This document shows, piece by piece, positions 22,200 to 32,871 of a DNA stretch of 64,000 bases. Both the position numbers and the translations under genes were made by a program. The stretch lies in contig CM035350.1 in NCBI GenBank assembly GCA_020137815.1, forward strand, positions 4,154,001 to 4,218,000, written 5' to 3'. A model generated the notes under the pieces. It ran no database searches. It worked only from the letters and a program-made list of their open reading frames with translations, and was not told the DNA's origin. The stretch comes from Hormiphora californensis. Lineage: Eukaryota; Animalia; Ctenophora. Position 1 is the first letter of the stretch; each line of letters starts with the position of its first letter.

Positions 22200-25100
22200 T
22201 TCTTTTTTTTCCTTCTTCGTCTCTTCTCGTTTTTTTTTTGTCTCTTTGTTTGGGCACGCGTGGCTTAAACATAGTCACGTGCCCCGTTGTCTGAGGACCG
22301 AGGAGGACCCCTGGTGACCCCCGTCACCAGATGCACATCACACATCGCCAATGTCTAGAGGATCACCATCACGATGTCAATCAACCCCAGTCAACCTACG
22401 GCCAGATTCTCACCTACTCTCATTCTTCACTCCTCGTTCTGAATTCCCATCATTTGGTTCAAACGATTCAAACACCTTCGACTCTGAGATATCATTCAAC
22501 AAACATTCAGACTGTCATGATGAGAGTAACGATTCGACTGATGAGTGCATCAGAAATATCAGAAATACTCTGTCACTTGATGCCGTGTGTTGTGAGTGCA
22601 GTGAGAAGATATACTTTGGGGAGTTCATTAGTTGCACGGCATGTAGCAATCTCATCCACCCACAGTGTGTCACATCAGCACCACCACCCACAATCGAGCT
22701 ATCTCCAATCCCAGAATACTCACCAACCCTCTGTTTAGCTTGCTCGAATGTGAATCAGTCCCCACCACCGAGACCACAGCTTTCTCAGGTGAATTGCTGG
22801 GGAGATTTGAACGCAGAGGAGGTATTTGTGAAGCTACAGGCTCTTGCACCACTAATCAGCACCTGGGCTCCCAACTTGTTTGAGGTTCCATTTGGAGCAG
22901 TTGGCAGAAGTTTCATTGATGAACTCACTAGGCTGGCAAACCTATTCGCAACATCCACTGCCTCGGAGTCATATGCTTTATCAGCCCTAGTGCTCGCTCC
23001 TGCACTTCTTCTGCAGAAACCAAGCAAAAAGTCCAAGGTTGATAGGCACAAAAGCTTGTTGGAAAGGAGACTTGAGCTATGGAAGAGCGGGAAATTTGAT
23101 CAGTTATTCCGTGAGGCTTCTGCAATCCAGAAACCCCTTAACTACCAACCCCCCAGTGAGGAGCGGTGTAACAAACGGTTCGTTGATCTAATGAGAAACG
23201 GACAGACAAGTGAAGCTACAGGGTGGCTTGACTCTTCCAGGCACACATGTGGAGTCAAAACCTGTACAGACGAGGTACTCCTGGACCTCGAGAAGAAGCA
23301 CCCACCCGCTGCACCCACTAACAGTAAACATGTACACAGTGATCCACCTGCCGACCACCAGCCGGTCACATTTCAGAGCATTACCGGTGAGAGCATCTAC
23401 AAATGTGGATTAAGGATCAAAGGCTCAGGTGGTCCCAGTGGTTTTGACTCCTCCGGGGTGAGCAGAATCCTATGTGCGAAGAAATTCAAACAATCGTCCA
23501 CGGCGTTGTGTGATGCCTTGAGTTTGGTTGCCCAGAAACTTGCAACTACCGAAGTTCACGGTGATTTTCTTGCGATATTCTGTTCGTCTCGCCTGATTCC
23601 ACTGGAGAAGTCAGATGGAGGTACTCGGCCGATCGGCATTGGAGAAGTGTTCAGGAGAATAGTCGTCAAAGCTATCATCTTCTCTCAGCGTGTAGCGATT
23701 AAAGTTGCCGCAGGCTGTGTCCAATTGGCAGCAGGGCAGTCTGGCGGCTGCGAGGCAGCCATTCATTCACTATGCGATCGGTTTGAGGAGTCTGATTGTG
23801 AGGGTGCTCTTCTGTTAGATGCCAGTAACGCTTTCAATCGCTTGAACAGAGGACTTGCGTTGCATAGTGTTGGCAGACTATGTCCCATACTGGCACAGCT
23901 AGTTAACAACTTATACGGGGCGCCATCACCATTGTACGTTGGAACCCAGGTGTTGATGAGCGAAGAGGGTGCCACGCAGGGCTGTCCAGCTGCAATGGCA
24001 ATGTACAGTATCGGCATTCTCCCCCTGATTAGTCTGGCTGATCTCGAAGATGTACTGCAGGTATGGTACGCCGATGATGGGAATGCTGCTGGAACCATCT
24101 CTGGACTACACGAGTGGTACGATATCATCGCTACACACGGTCCAGCTTTCGGATACCATATCAACCCCGAAAAATGTGTCCTGATCGCAAAGGAGCACCA
24201 CCTGGAGAAGGCACAGGAGCTATTCGGCGAGACCGGTGTACAGATTACAACTGCTGGTGCCAGACACCTGGGTGCGGCAATCGGATCCACTGAATTCAAG
24301 ACAACATTTGTTACGAACAAAGTGTCCGAATGGGTGAGCTGCCTTGAAAACCTCGTCACTGTTGCGAAGACTCACCCCCACGTTGCATATTCGAACTATG
24401 TCCGCAGTTTGAAAATGAAGTGGTCGTACCTGCAACGAACACTACCTGATATAGGGCACCTGTTCCAACCGATGGAAGACGTCCTGAGGCACAAGCTGAT
24501 ACCCCTATTTGTCGGGAAGCATGTCTCCGACAATGAGAGGAGGATCCTGGCACTCCCCGTCAAGATGGGAGGTATGGCATTGGAAAATCCGGTTCAAACG
24601 GCCAATCAAGAATACAATAATTCCCGTTTTGCAACCGGACCACTAGTGTCTCTTATCCTAGCCGAAGAGGATTGTCCAAACAACATCATGGATGCCGAGA
24701 TGAAAAGTGGAAAATTGAAGAAGAAGTGTGCCGAAGCCAATGATGAGAGGAACACGACGGAGCGTGCGGGTATCTTGGCAGTACTTGATATGAAGACACA
24801 GCGGGCGATGGAGCTATGTTCTGAACCCGGTGCTTCTAGTTGGCTAACTGCTCGACCGCTACAGAAACTCGGTCACGAGCTCAACCAGGTTGAGTTTGTC
24901 GATGCCATTCGGCTCAGATACGGCTTCCACTTCCCGGACCTGATCGGGAAATGCGGCTGTGGGGCACAAAACAGCAGTGACCACGCCTTGATCTGCAAGG
25001 TTGGAGGCTTTGACATGTGGAGACATGACCACCTTCGGGATACGTTAGCCGACATCCTCCGGTACGCGGGATTTAAACCCGTTAACACTGAACAGCCAAT

Positions 25101-25717
25101 GTTGCCCTGTGATGGATTCAACTTGCCAATCAGTGCAAATATCAAAGCCGAAGCAAGAATGGACATAGTCTGTCGTGGCCTGTGGTCTGACATGCAGGCC
25201 AGTTTCATGGATGTACGGGTTTTCCATCCAAACGCCCCATCCTACCTGAAGGTGCCCATCTCCAACCTGTATAAACAGCACCAAAACCAAAAGAAGCTGG
25301 CCTATATGCGAAGGGTACAAGAAGTGGAGCAGGGTTCCTTCACGCCCCTTGTATTCTCCACATCGGGAGGTTTTGCGGTAGAGGTTGGGAAGGTGTTGGA
25401 AAAAGCGGCCAGGAAGATTTGCGACAAGCACAAGGAGAGTTACGCTGAAACCATGTCCTTCATCCGAGAAAAGACACGATTCAGTTTGTTAAGATCAACT
25501 CTTGTTGCGCTTCGGGGAACCAAGAGAAGGGTTGTCCCAGTCAGTGTGGAAGATGTAGACTTTCGAGACAAGTGAGCAGAGAGAGGGAGTATGAGAGTAT
25601 GACGGTGTGTGGGTAATTTATTATAATTTATTCTGTTTGTAATTTCTATTCTCAAATTTGATTTGACTCAAATTTGATTTTCCTTCTTCTCTTTTTAAAT
25701 GAGCGAAAAAAAAAAAA
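22200..25717 (+). mobile_element. Putative full-length CRE element (5' boundary uncertain, A-tract near 25705-25717)
   Basis: Single long ORF, short 3' UTR ending in an A-run, hairpins in the 5' UTR; no convincing TSD found. Confidence 0.7.
22351..25575 (+). CDS. Intact 1074-aa ORF of a CRE-clade (R2-group) non-LTR retrotransposon: PHD-like finger, reverse transcriptase, CCHC zinc knuckle, restriction-like endonuclease
   Basis: CCEC..CTAC...H..C...CLAC (PHD-like); RT motifs LIPLEK..GTRPIGIGEVFRR, LLDASNAFN, GATQGCP, WYADD, HLGA; CGCGAQNSSDHALIC; RHD..E..RMD..DV..KK..Y. Confidence 0.95.
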   Translation: MSRGSPSRCQSTPVNLRPDSHLLSFFTPRSEFPSFGSNDSNTFDSEISFNKHSDCHDESNDSTDECIRNIRNTLSLDAVCCECSEKIYFGEFISCTACSNLIHPQCVTSAPPPTIELSPIPEYSPTLCLACSNVNQSPPPRPQLSQVNCWGDLNAEEVFVKLQALAPLISTWAPNLFEVPFGAVGRSFIDELTRLANLFATSTASESYALSALVLAPALLLQKPSKKSKVDRHKSLLERRLELWKSGKFDQLFREASAIQKPLNYQPPSEERCNKRFVDLMRNGQTSEATGWLDSSRHTCGVKTCTDEVLLDLEKKHPPAAPTNSKHVHSDPPADHQPVTFQSITGESIYKCGLRIKGSGGPSGFDSSGVSRILCAKKFKQSSTALCDALSLVAQKLATTEVHGDFLAIFCSSRLIPLEKSDGGTRPIGIGEVFRRIVVKAIIFSQRVAIKVAAGCVQLAAGQSGGCEAAIHSLCDRFEESDCEGALLLDASNAFNRLNRGLALHSVGRLCPILAQLVNNLYGAPSPLYVGTQVLMSEEGATQGCPAAMAMYSIGILPLISLADLEDVLQVWYADDGNAAGTISGLHEWYDIIATHGPAFGYHINPEKCVLIAKEHHLEKAQELFGETGVQITTAGARHLGAAIGSTEFKTTFVTNKVSEWVSCLENLVTVAKTHPHVAYSNYVRSLKMKWSYLQRTLPDIGHLFQPMEDVLRHKLIPLFVGKHVSDNERRILALPVKMGGMALENPVQTANQEYNNSRFATGPLVSLILAEEDCPNNIMDAEMKSGKLKKKCAEANDERNTTERAGILAVLDMKTQRAMELCSEPGASSWLTARPLQKLGHELNQVEFVDAIRLRYGFHFPDLIGKCGCGAQNSSDHALICKVGGFDMWRHDHLRDTLADILRYAGFKPVNTEQPMLPCDGFNLPISANIKAEARMDIVCRGLWSDMQASFMDVRVFHPNAPSYLKVPISNLYKQHQNQKKLAYMRRVQEVEQGSFTPLVFSTSGGFAVEVGKVLEKAARKICDKHKESYAETMSFIREKTRFSLLRSTLVALRGTKRRVVPVSVEDVDFRDK

Positions 25718-25830
25718 TTTCTTTTTCTGGCTGTTGTGACCGGAAAACTCAACTTAATACGTGGTTTATCTCATGAAATGACTGTTTTCTTTTACTCCTA
25801 GCACAGTAGAATGATGCTAGCTGTCAACAT

Positions 25831-26784
25831 ATGCACATAACCCTTGACTTACTGCTCTCCGCCATAGCAAATGAAATGCACCACTCGCACGGCGGGCTGT
25901 CTGGCATCTACGCTGTCACCCTACCGCCGTTGAGTACTCTCCCGTCATGGAGCAGGGCGTCACTTCAACAGAAGAACAAAGTTCCACTTCAGCCGGATAA
26001 GTTCAGGTCGATAGCATGCGCAAGCAAGAGCGCCAGAGCTGCTGAGTTATCTCCCAGCTGCAGTGGTAGTCCTACGACCTCTGACAAAGAGGAGAATGTT
26101 CTTCATGTGCTTGAGTTGTACAAACAAAAAGTGAAGTATCTCACCAGTAACATCGATTTTCTGAAAGACGAGCACGCCAAGATTTTAAAGAGCCTACACG
26201 AAGAGATTGAACGGATGAAGTACGAGAACAAGGAGTTGAAATTCAAGTTGATTATATCTGATAGCAATCCTAGCTCATGGGTTGGTGGGGAGAGAGTTAG
26301 AGGACAGGACAAGAAAGAAAGTAAGAGCGCAGTGTCTGGGTCGCCTTCTCGTAGGAGCATCAAAGCTTTTGAAGACGAAATCACAGTTCTCCGGGACAGT
26401 CTCGCCCAGGAGCGGGGGAAGAACCAAATACTCCAGGATCACATTGACAATCTGGAATCGGCAGCCACCAACTCATTTCTCAATAACAGCATTGCTGGGG
26501 AGGATGAGGAAGAGGATCCCCCTAGTTCTATCGAGGATTGCTATGTTGTGATTAATGCTCTGAAGAGTGAGAACGAGGCACAACAAAAAGAAATTGCCTA
26601 TCTTCAGAGCAAAATGAGCAAGTTGGGTGATGGCGGTAGGAAAGAGGTGGTAGGAAATTTCAATACATTTTCTTCACTGCCCGCTCTGAAACCGAGTCTT
26701 CAAAGTAAAGTGGTTCACAGGATGAAGCGACAGCAGGTTTTAACAAAAGAGAAACATAGAAGTGAAGTCTTGAAAGACTTGTGA
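25831..26784 (+). CDS. CCDC74: CCDC74/CCDC92-family coiled-coil protein, single coding exon (start may be the second Met, MHHSHG)
   Basis: NIDFLKDEHAKILKSLHEEIERMKYENKELKFKLI matches the CCDC92/74 N-terminal coil; C-terminal LPALKPSL...RMKRQQ is CCDC74-like. Confidence 0.7.
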   Translation: MHITLDLLLSAIANEMHHSHGGLSGIYAVTLPPLSTLPSWSRASLQQKNKVPLQPDKFRSIACASKSARAAELSPSCSGSPTTSDKEENVLHVLELYKQKVKYLTSNIDFLKDEHAKILKSLHEEIERMKYENKELKFKLIISDSNPSSWVGGERVRGQDKKESKSAVSGSPSRRSIKAFEDEITVLRDSLAQERGKNQILQDHIDNLESAATNSFLNNSIAGEDEEEDPPSSIEDCYVVINALKSENEAQQKEIAYLQSKMSKLGDGGRKEVVGNFNTFSSLPALKPSLQSKVVHRMKRQQVLTKEKHRSEVLKDL

Positions 26785-27139
26785 ACTTTATGATTGTTTG
26801 TGAGTGTTTGTGTGTACTGTTTCTGTCACATACTGTGTCATATATTTTTGTGTAAAAAGCTGTAAAAAGTATGTCTGTACGTCACATATATATGAATGTA
26901 AATAGACCGCGATTGATTTTATCAGAGGAGAATGAAGCAGAAACAAATTGTTGGTAATATATTTTGATTGAGATAGATTCAAGGGAAAGTGGTTTTCGCT
27001 TTTATGGAATTTATTTATTTACTGAAAGTCGTGTTTTATACAAAACAAACCTCTGTTGCAATTTGTTTCTTTGGGTATATACTACATACAGCCCCATCTC
27101 CCCTGATTAATAAAGACTTCTCTCCCTCTGTATTGAGCG

Positions 27140-30100
27140 ATGGATGAGACGAGAGCTCAATGCACAGAAATACTAAAGACGTGGCTGGACGATCTACAGA
27201 GTGTTTGGAATGATGTGGGTATCCCTGATGATCAACTTACCACCCGGATGAAAGTGGTATGTCCCCACTCCATATCACAATTTATCCAGTCCCCGTCTCA
27301 TTCGTATTCAGGCGGGATATTTTATTGCTGTGTGTATAATATATATTCAAACGTCCCCTTCCTTGCTAGGTAACAGATTCCCTATGTGAATTGCGGGACA
27401 TGATGGTGACAGAAGAGAGACAGAGGCGGGATGGATATGTAAAAAACATAGAGAAATGTAGGGACGAGTGTGAGCGGTTAGCAGAGGAATTGGAGACAGA
27501 TTATAAAGAACCCGATGATCGGCTGACTATTTTGAAGAAAGAGAAATTCTTACGAGATCAGGTATAATCTTCTTATAAAATAAGGGTTAGCACATTAAAA
27601 GTATAGTTTTTATTTATTATTCTGAATAATGAGTTCAGAGCAAGAATTAAATAGGGTTTGGTAGCTTAGTGGTTTATAGCTCCGAGCATGTCTCTCTGGA
27701 GGTCCCTGGTTCAATTCCCGGTCAAACCCAGTATTTTTTCGATTTTCTTCCCTATTTAATTCTTGCTCTGAACTCATTATTCAGAATACTAATTAATCTC
27801 TCCTTAACCGAGTTCTGCCCGTGTATGTGTGAGATTCCCCATTAAACTGTTGTACAGAGGGCGTGTGTGTGTGTTGATCACCAGAAGGAGATATCAAAAT
27901 TACTTCCTGTATTTATTATTGAATCAATGTAAAGGTTGAAATAAATTTATAATTTCTCATTCCAATTAAGGTAAAGCAACTGCTAAAAGAACGACAGATT
28001 CGACTTAGAGAAGTGATCAGTTTACGCACAGCAGAAGGAGAATTATGTGCCAGATTGGGTCGAATACCCGAATACATTCAGTCGGATACCATTTTAACCA
28101 AAGATCAGCTAAAGGAAGCCAAAACTCGAATCTCGTAAGTGATTTAAACAAATGTTTGTCTGTTTTCCTCTATTTTTTATCGCAAAATATTTCATTATTG
28201 TTAAAAAGTTTGCTGCTAGGTGACTGGGAATGATATAAAGGCAAAGTAAGTCCGTGTTACATCCTTAGTAATTATGTGTGTTCGTGTGTTTAAAATACTG
28301 TAACTAATGTAATCATGTGGAGCTATTTCCCCCTTCATCTTTATCTCCGTGTCTCCCTCCTACCTAGTAGGAGAGGTAAATTCGTGTGCCCTATTTCATT
28401 GTATGCCACCTAACCGCCACCCTCTTGTATATCAGGATGCTGACAGCAGAGAAGAATAAGCGGGAAATCAAACTGGCGATTGCCGCTAAGGACATCCTAG
28501 AACTGTGGACCTCCCTAAACATAAAGGCCCGGACTGAACGGGAGGAGTTTATCGAAAGTGGGAACTTGGATTCTTTCCAGCTATCCAACGAGAACATGGC
28601 CTGGTTGGAGCAGATAAAGCAGAGTCTCACGGTAATTTGACAATTGAGATATTTGTATAAATCGATTCTTACCTAGGCTAGGTATAATTTGTCATTTTCC
28701 AACACTGTGTTCCTTCTACAGATCCAACTAGACGAAAACAAGAACCTTCAGAAGACCCTCCTGATGAAGTTGGAGAGTTTGTGGAGCCGAATGGAACTAC
28801 CCGCAGAAGACAGAGCAACGTTCCTAGACCAGCACCACGGCTACTCTGATGTTGTCATTGTCAAGATAAAGGAGGAGGTACGGGCGCCTTTTGTTCTAAC
28901 GGATCGCTATTAGGAATTAGTGGTTATAATTCATTTCAATTTTCAATATATCAATGCTCATTATTAGGGTAGCGACTGGCTATTTGAAATGGCGGCTAAT
29001 TTGAAACACCCCCTCTACTGGCCAGCAAGTGCACCAGATTTGGATTTTTAGACATCAGTGGGCTTGGCATGAGTTCTGACTAGCCCACTGACGTCTAAAA
29101 ATTCAAATCTGGTGCACCTGCTGGCCAGTAGAGGGGGTGTTTCAAATTAGCCGCCATTTCAAATAGCCAGTCGCTACCCTATCTCTAATTCCCTGGTGTA
29201 TTTCAGGTTCAGAGGATGGAGGAATTGAAGTTACAGAATCTAGAGAAATTTATCAAACTGACTCGAGAGGAGATTGAACAATACTGGGAGAAGATGTTTG
29301 TGGCTGAGGAGGATAAGAAATTGTTCTCCGCGTTCTATAGCGACAATATTGGGGAGAATTTACTGGCGGAACATGAGATTAAATTGGATACTCTTAGCAA
29401 TGATTACATGCGGGATGAGGCCCTATACCGGTGAGTGTTTGTTGTAAAACAAGTACTAAGTAGTATACAGTTGGATGTAAAGTTAGTGAAGGGAAACGGA
29501 ATCAAAGTGGTACATGTTTTTAAAAGATTAATTAATTTGCATGCTATAATAGTCTATACAATTAGTAAAATAGTACTGAATAGTGACACAACTGCTACAC
29601 GAAGTGAGTTCCTCCTTGCTCTGTTACACAGTTCTTTGCTACATGACACACAAAAGAGTTCCGTGCCGGGGCTGCAATCTCCGCAACTCAAATGTTCCAT
29701 GTCTTCTAACGATAACCTGAAAGAGATTTGAGTCTGAAAATGAAGAAAGCTGAATATAAATTAGCATAATTACTGAGTACTGATTTAGTTAAAACATTCA
29801 ATTTGGTGATTAAGTATTACTTTGAGCACGTTGATGTACTCTCAGGACAGAGAGTAGCAGTAGTATTGGTTTTGTAACGTAGGTTTACACCCGTCCAACA
29901 GTGAAAGGGTCCAGTGTAATTGGCAGCTGTAGTCGTCACTATAAGTAGTAGTATTGCTGGAAGAAGCATTCGGGGTCTATAATAGGGGAAGAAGATTGGG
30001 TGGGGGTTCACTTCGGGAGCTAGAGAGATGGTATTGATACAGAGAAATAGATAGAGAGAGAGGGGTGGAGAGAGTGTTAGAGGGGTTGACATGCATGGAT

Positions 30101-30176
30101 TAGCGCCGATTGTTTACCATGCACAGATCACTGACTATCATCTCTATCTCTTCCTCTCTCTATCTTTCTCTCTCTA

Positions 30177-30263
<87 letters not shown>

Positions 30264-32252
30264 CTCAATGTCTTAGTTCTCTCATTTTCCTTCTCAATCT
30301 CTCTATATGTTTGTCAAAATCTCTCACTGGTCCTCTGAGAGGACTCCTCTCTCCCATATATCGCATCTTTTATCACTCTTTTATTAAAACGCTGTTCTAT
30401 AAATCCCACACCTTACTATGTACACATTAGTCGGCAATAACATCACTCTATCTATCTCTCTCTTTCTTTCTCCCTCTCTCCTTCCATATCTATATTATAT
30501 ATTATATATAGTTCATCACACCGTACCACCTACAGGGAAATATCGTCCCGGAACAAACTCTGGACAGCCTGGGAGGAGTTTGAGTGCCGGGAGAACGACC
30601 CCAACCGATTTGATAACAGAGGTGGCAAGCTGTTGTTGGAGGAGAAACAGCGGAAGAAGATACTCAGAGAGCTGCCCAAGGTTGAGGAGAGCATTCAGAA
30701 GCAGATTGCAATTTGGGAGCAAGAGAATGAGAGGTTGTTCACTGTGTACGGGCACAAGTTTACCGATCTGATTAACAACCAAAAAGAAGAGGTAATTATT
30801 AGCAGTTTTCAATACCCCGCCATTCGCCAACATATAGTACTTATTATAGCTCCGTTGACATAGTTTTTGTCTTCTCTTCACAATTGTATTGTATCCTCTC
30901 AAGTCTCAACCCATTGCTTTCACTCGCGGACCTCACTAGCGGTGCTGGTACATATCACTAAGTTATTGGCCCTCGTGCGCAGTGTCCCCATAAGGGGGTT
31001 CACGCCCATGGCAACCGCTCTCATCAAATCAAAACCCCGCTCTCAGTTGGCACAATCACAACCCCGCTCTCAGTTGGCACAATCACAACCCCGCTCTCAG
31101 TTGGCACAATCAAAACCCCTTCTCAGTTGGCACAACGAAAGGAACAGATCAAGGAAAACAAGGTACGTGCGAAGGAGGAGGCAATGCAGAAAGATCTAGC
31201 GTTCGGGAGTACGCCTGCTAAGACACCTAAACGGAGAATTGCTGGCACAACCATTCTCACCCCTGCTAACAAGAGAACTAAGGTTAGTAGAGCGTATTTG
31301 ATTTTACATTCAATCAATATTGTAATTTAAAAGCTGCGTTTCTTAGAAAACTTCGTGTGTTCTCACTTCTCAGACAAAGTCTGTAAATAATCTAACCAAT
31401 TTTAAAACCACTGTCTATTTGTGTTTAATAAAACCAACTTAACCCCCCCCCCCCCAGATGGCCACTCCAACCAGTACCAGGACACCAACAAGAACGCCCG
31501 GTGCCCGGTCCAAGTTTGTCCACAGTAGCCTAATGTCTCGATCACCAATGAAGGGCACTCCCAATAAGGATAAAAACTTCCCACGGTAAGTCTGTCTCTG
31601 CCTATTGTCGGAGTGTCTGTGCGAACTGGGGCGGCGTATTGTGAAGCATGTGTGCAGTAGCTTTCTCATCTCCACTTCATCACCTCTTCTTGCTCTCCAT
31701 CGCCCCACTGAAATCTTCGTCTCTATCCCCTTGTTCTCCATATCCCCTACCCATAACAGAGTCATGGTCAAGTTACCACTAACACCCGGCGGTAAGAGAC
31801 CCGATACGCCGATCAAACAGAGACCTGCAGCACCCCCCTCGGAGGAGGTTCTTCCCCCGCCACCCCCAGTGGAGAATAGTGTGGATAGTGGGTGTGTGAG
31901 TATTGCAGACATGGAACTACCCGCTGCACCTGCACCTGAATATGAGGATTTTGAAAAAGAGGTAAACTGATCTTTATATCTCCCTGGCGCTACCCTCTTC
32001 TTTCTCTAATTCTGCCTGCATGTGTGTCGTGTGTGCTGATATAACGCTGCTGAAATCTTGCTGAAACAATTCTTTTGTTTTGCTACTTGTTCCCTGTTAG
32101 AATTTTTAGAGTGATTTGTTCTAACCTCCCTTTCCATTCAGGTCAACAGACCCTCCCGAGAGCTCATGAGGAGTAGCAGTATTCATGAGACACCCGAACC
32201 TCAAAGCATCAGGAAGTCCCTACTTTTCACAATCCAGGAGTCAGACGACTGA
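27140..32252 (+). CDS. PRC1: Protein regulator of cytokinesis 1 (MAP65/Ase1 family), about 11 exons
   Basis: LQSVWNDVGIP, LESLWSRMEL, ELKLQNLEKFI..REEIEQYW, DPNRFDNRGGKLLLEEKQRK...LPKVEE...WE and FGSTPAKTPKR. Confidence 0.92.
27618..27788. mobile_element. 171-bp fold-back element with perfect 39-bp TIRs enclosing a tRNA-like sequence (PRC1 intron)
   Basis: tattctgaataatgagttcagagcaagaattaaataggg (27618-27656) and its exact reverse complement (27750-27788). Confidence 0.85.
27654..27739 (+). pseudogene. tRNA-derived Pol III unit (pseudo-tRNA or SINE head) with T6 terminator
   Basis: Acceptor stem GGTTTGG/TCAAACC, A box TAGCTTAGTGG, B box GGTTCAATTCC, then TTTTTT. Mismatches in the anticodon and T stems and A at position 33 argue against a translating tRNA. 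Confidence 0.7.
28967..29179. mobile_element. 213-bp near-perfect fold-back MITE, TA-flanked (PRC1 intron)
   Basis: TA|gggtagcgactggctatttgaaatggcggc... with ~97-bp arms ...gccgccatttcaaatagccagtcgctaccc|TA. Confidence 0.9.
29554..29969 (-). CDS. 103-aa Ly6/three-finger-like, predicted GPI-anchored protein nested antisense in a PRC1 intron (exons 29969-29821, 29716-29554)
   Basis: Spliced product MLLPAILLLIVTTTAANYTGPFHCWTGVNLRYKTNTTATLCPESTSTCSKLSLEDMEHLSCGDCSPGTELFCVSCSKELCNRARRNSLRVAVVSLFSTILLIV*: signal peptide, 8 Cys ending CxxxxCN, hydrophobic tail; phase-2 GT-AG intron. Confidence 0.8.
31027..31135 (+). repeat. Four tandem 26-27-bp copies of a PRC1 splice acceptor plus exon start
   Basis: ctcag|ttggcacaa with AG ending at 31046, 31073, 31100 and 31126; only the last is in frame. 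Confidence 0.85.
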
Positions 32253-32871
32253 AGGGAGCACTGATCAAGTGACAATGTATTTGTTAGAAGAAGAAGAAAG
32301 TTGCATGTGTCAGTACACAATCTCGCCCCAGCAATCAGCAGTTATTCAGCAACAGATTTTAACCCAATTCTCTTTTTTAATCGTGGATGACAGGCGGTTT
32401 GGATATATTCTTGTTTATGTAGGGTTTGCAAATTATGCACGCTGGCGGCACATTACACGATATACAATTCAAATATTTTGGACTGTAAAAAATAATCTAT
32501 ATCGAAATGAATGCGACCAGACATGTTCCTACTTACAGTATACTCTTTCCATGTGCTAAAAAATTGTTTGTTTTTGTAGAGCCGTAAATGATTAATAGCT
32601 CAACATCTGTTTTACACAAAACTAAGTTGTTTTTCTAACACTCCCAAGCCCCGGGACCCCTGCCGTTTCTTCCCCGTCCTACAAAACCGATTATTGACGA
32701 TGTGAGTCATGGAGAAATCCCTTTCGTGCGGCATTATCCAACACACAGTATGCCCTCGACTCACTCCCCACTAAGAACCAAAATCCACCACCATAATGTG
32801 ATGAATGATGATCTATGTTTTCTAATATTATTTATGTTATTTAACACTACCCTCTCCCTCTCTCTAGCCCC

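Noticed and set aside
19480-22350. Spliced-leader RNA or snRNA gene as the CRE target
   Set aside because: I recognise no SL exon with donor, and no U-snRNA; an Sm-like ATTTTTTGAG on the - strand near 22020 is insufficient alone.
27654-27730. Functional tRNA-Thr(TGT)
   Set aside because: A at position 33, mismatches in the anticodon and T stems, and location inside a TIR element; treated as tRNA-derived instead.
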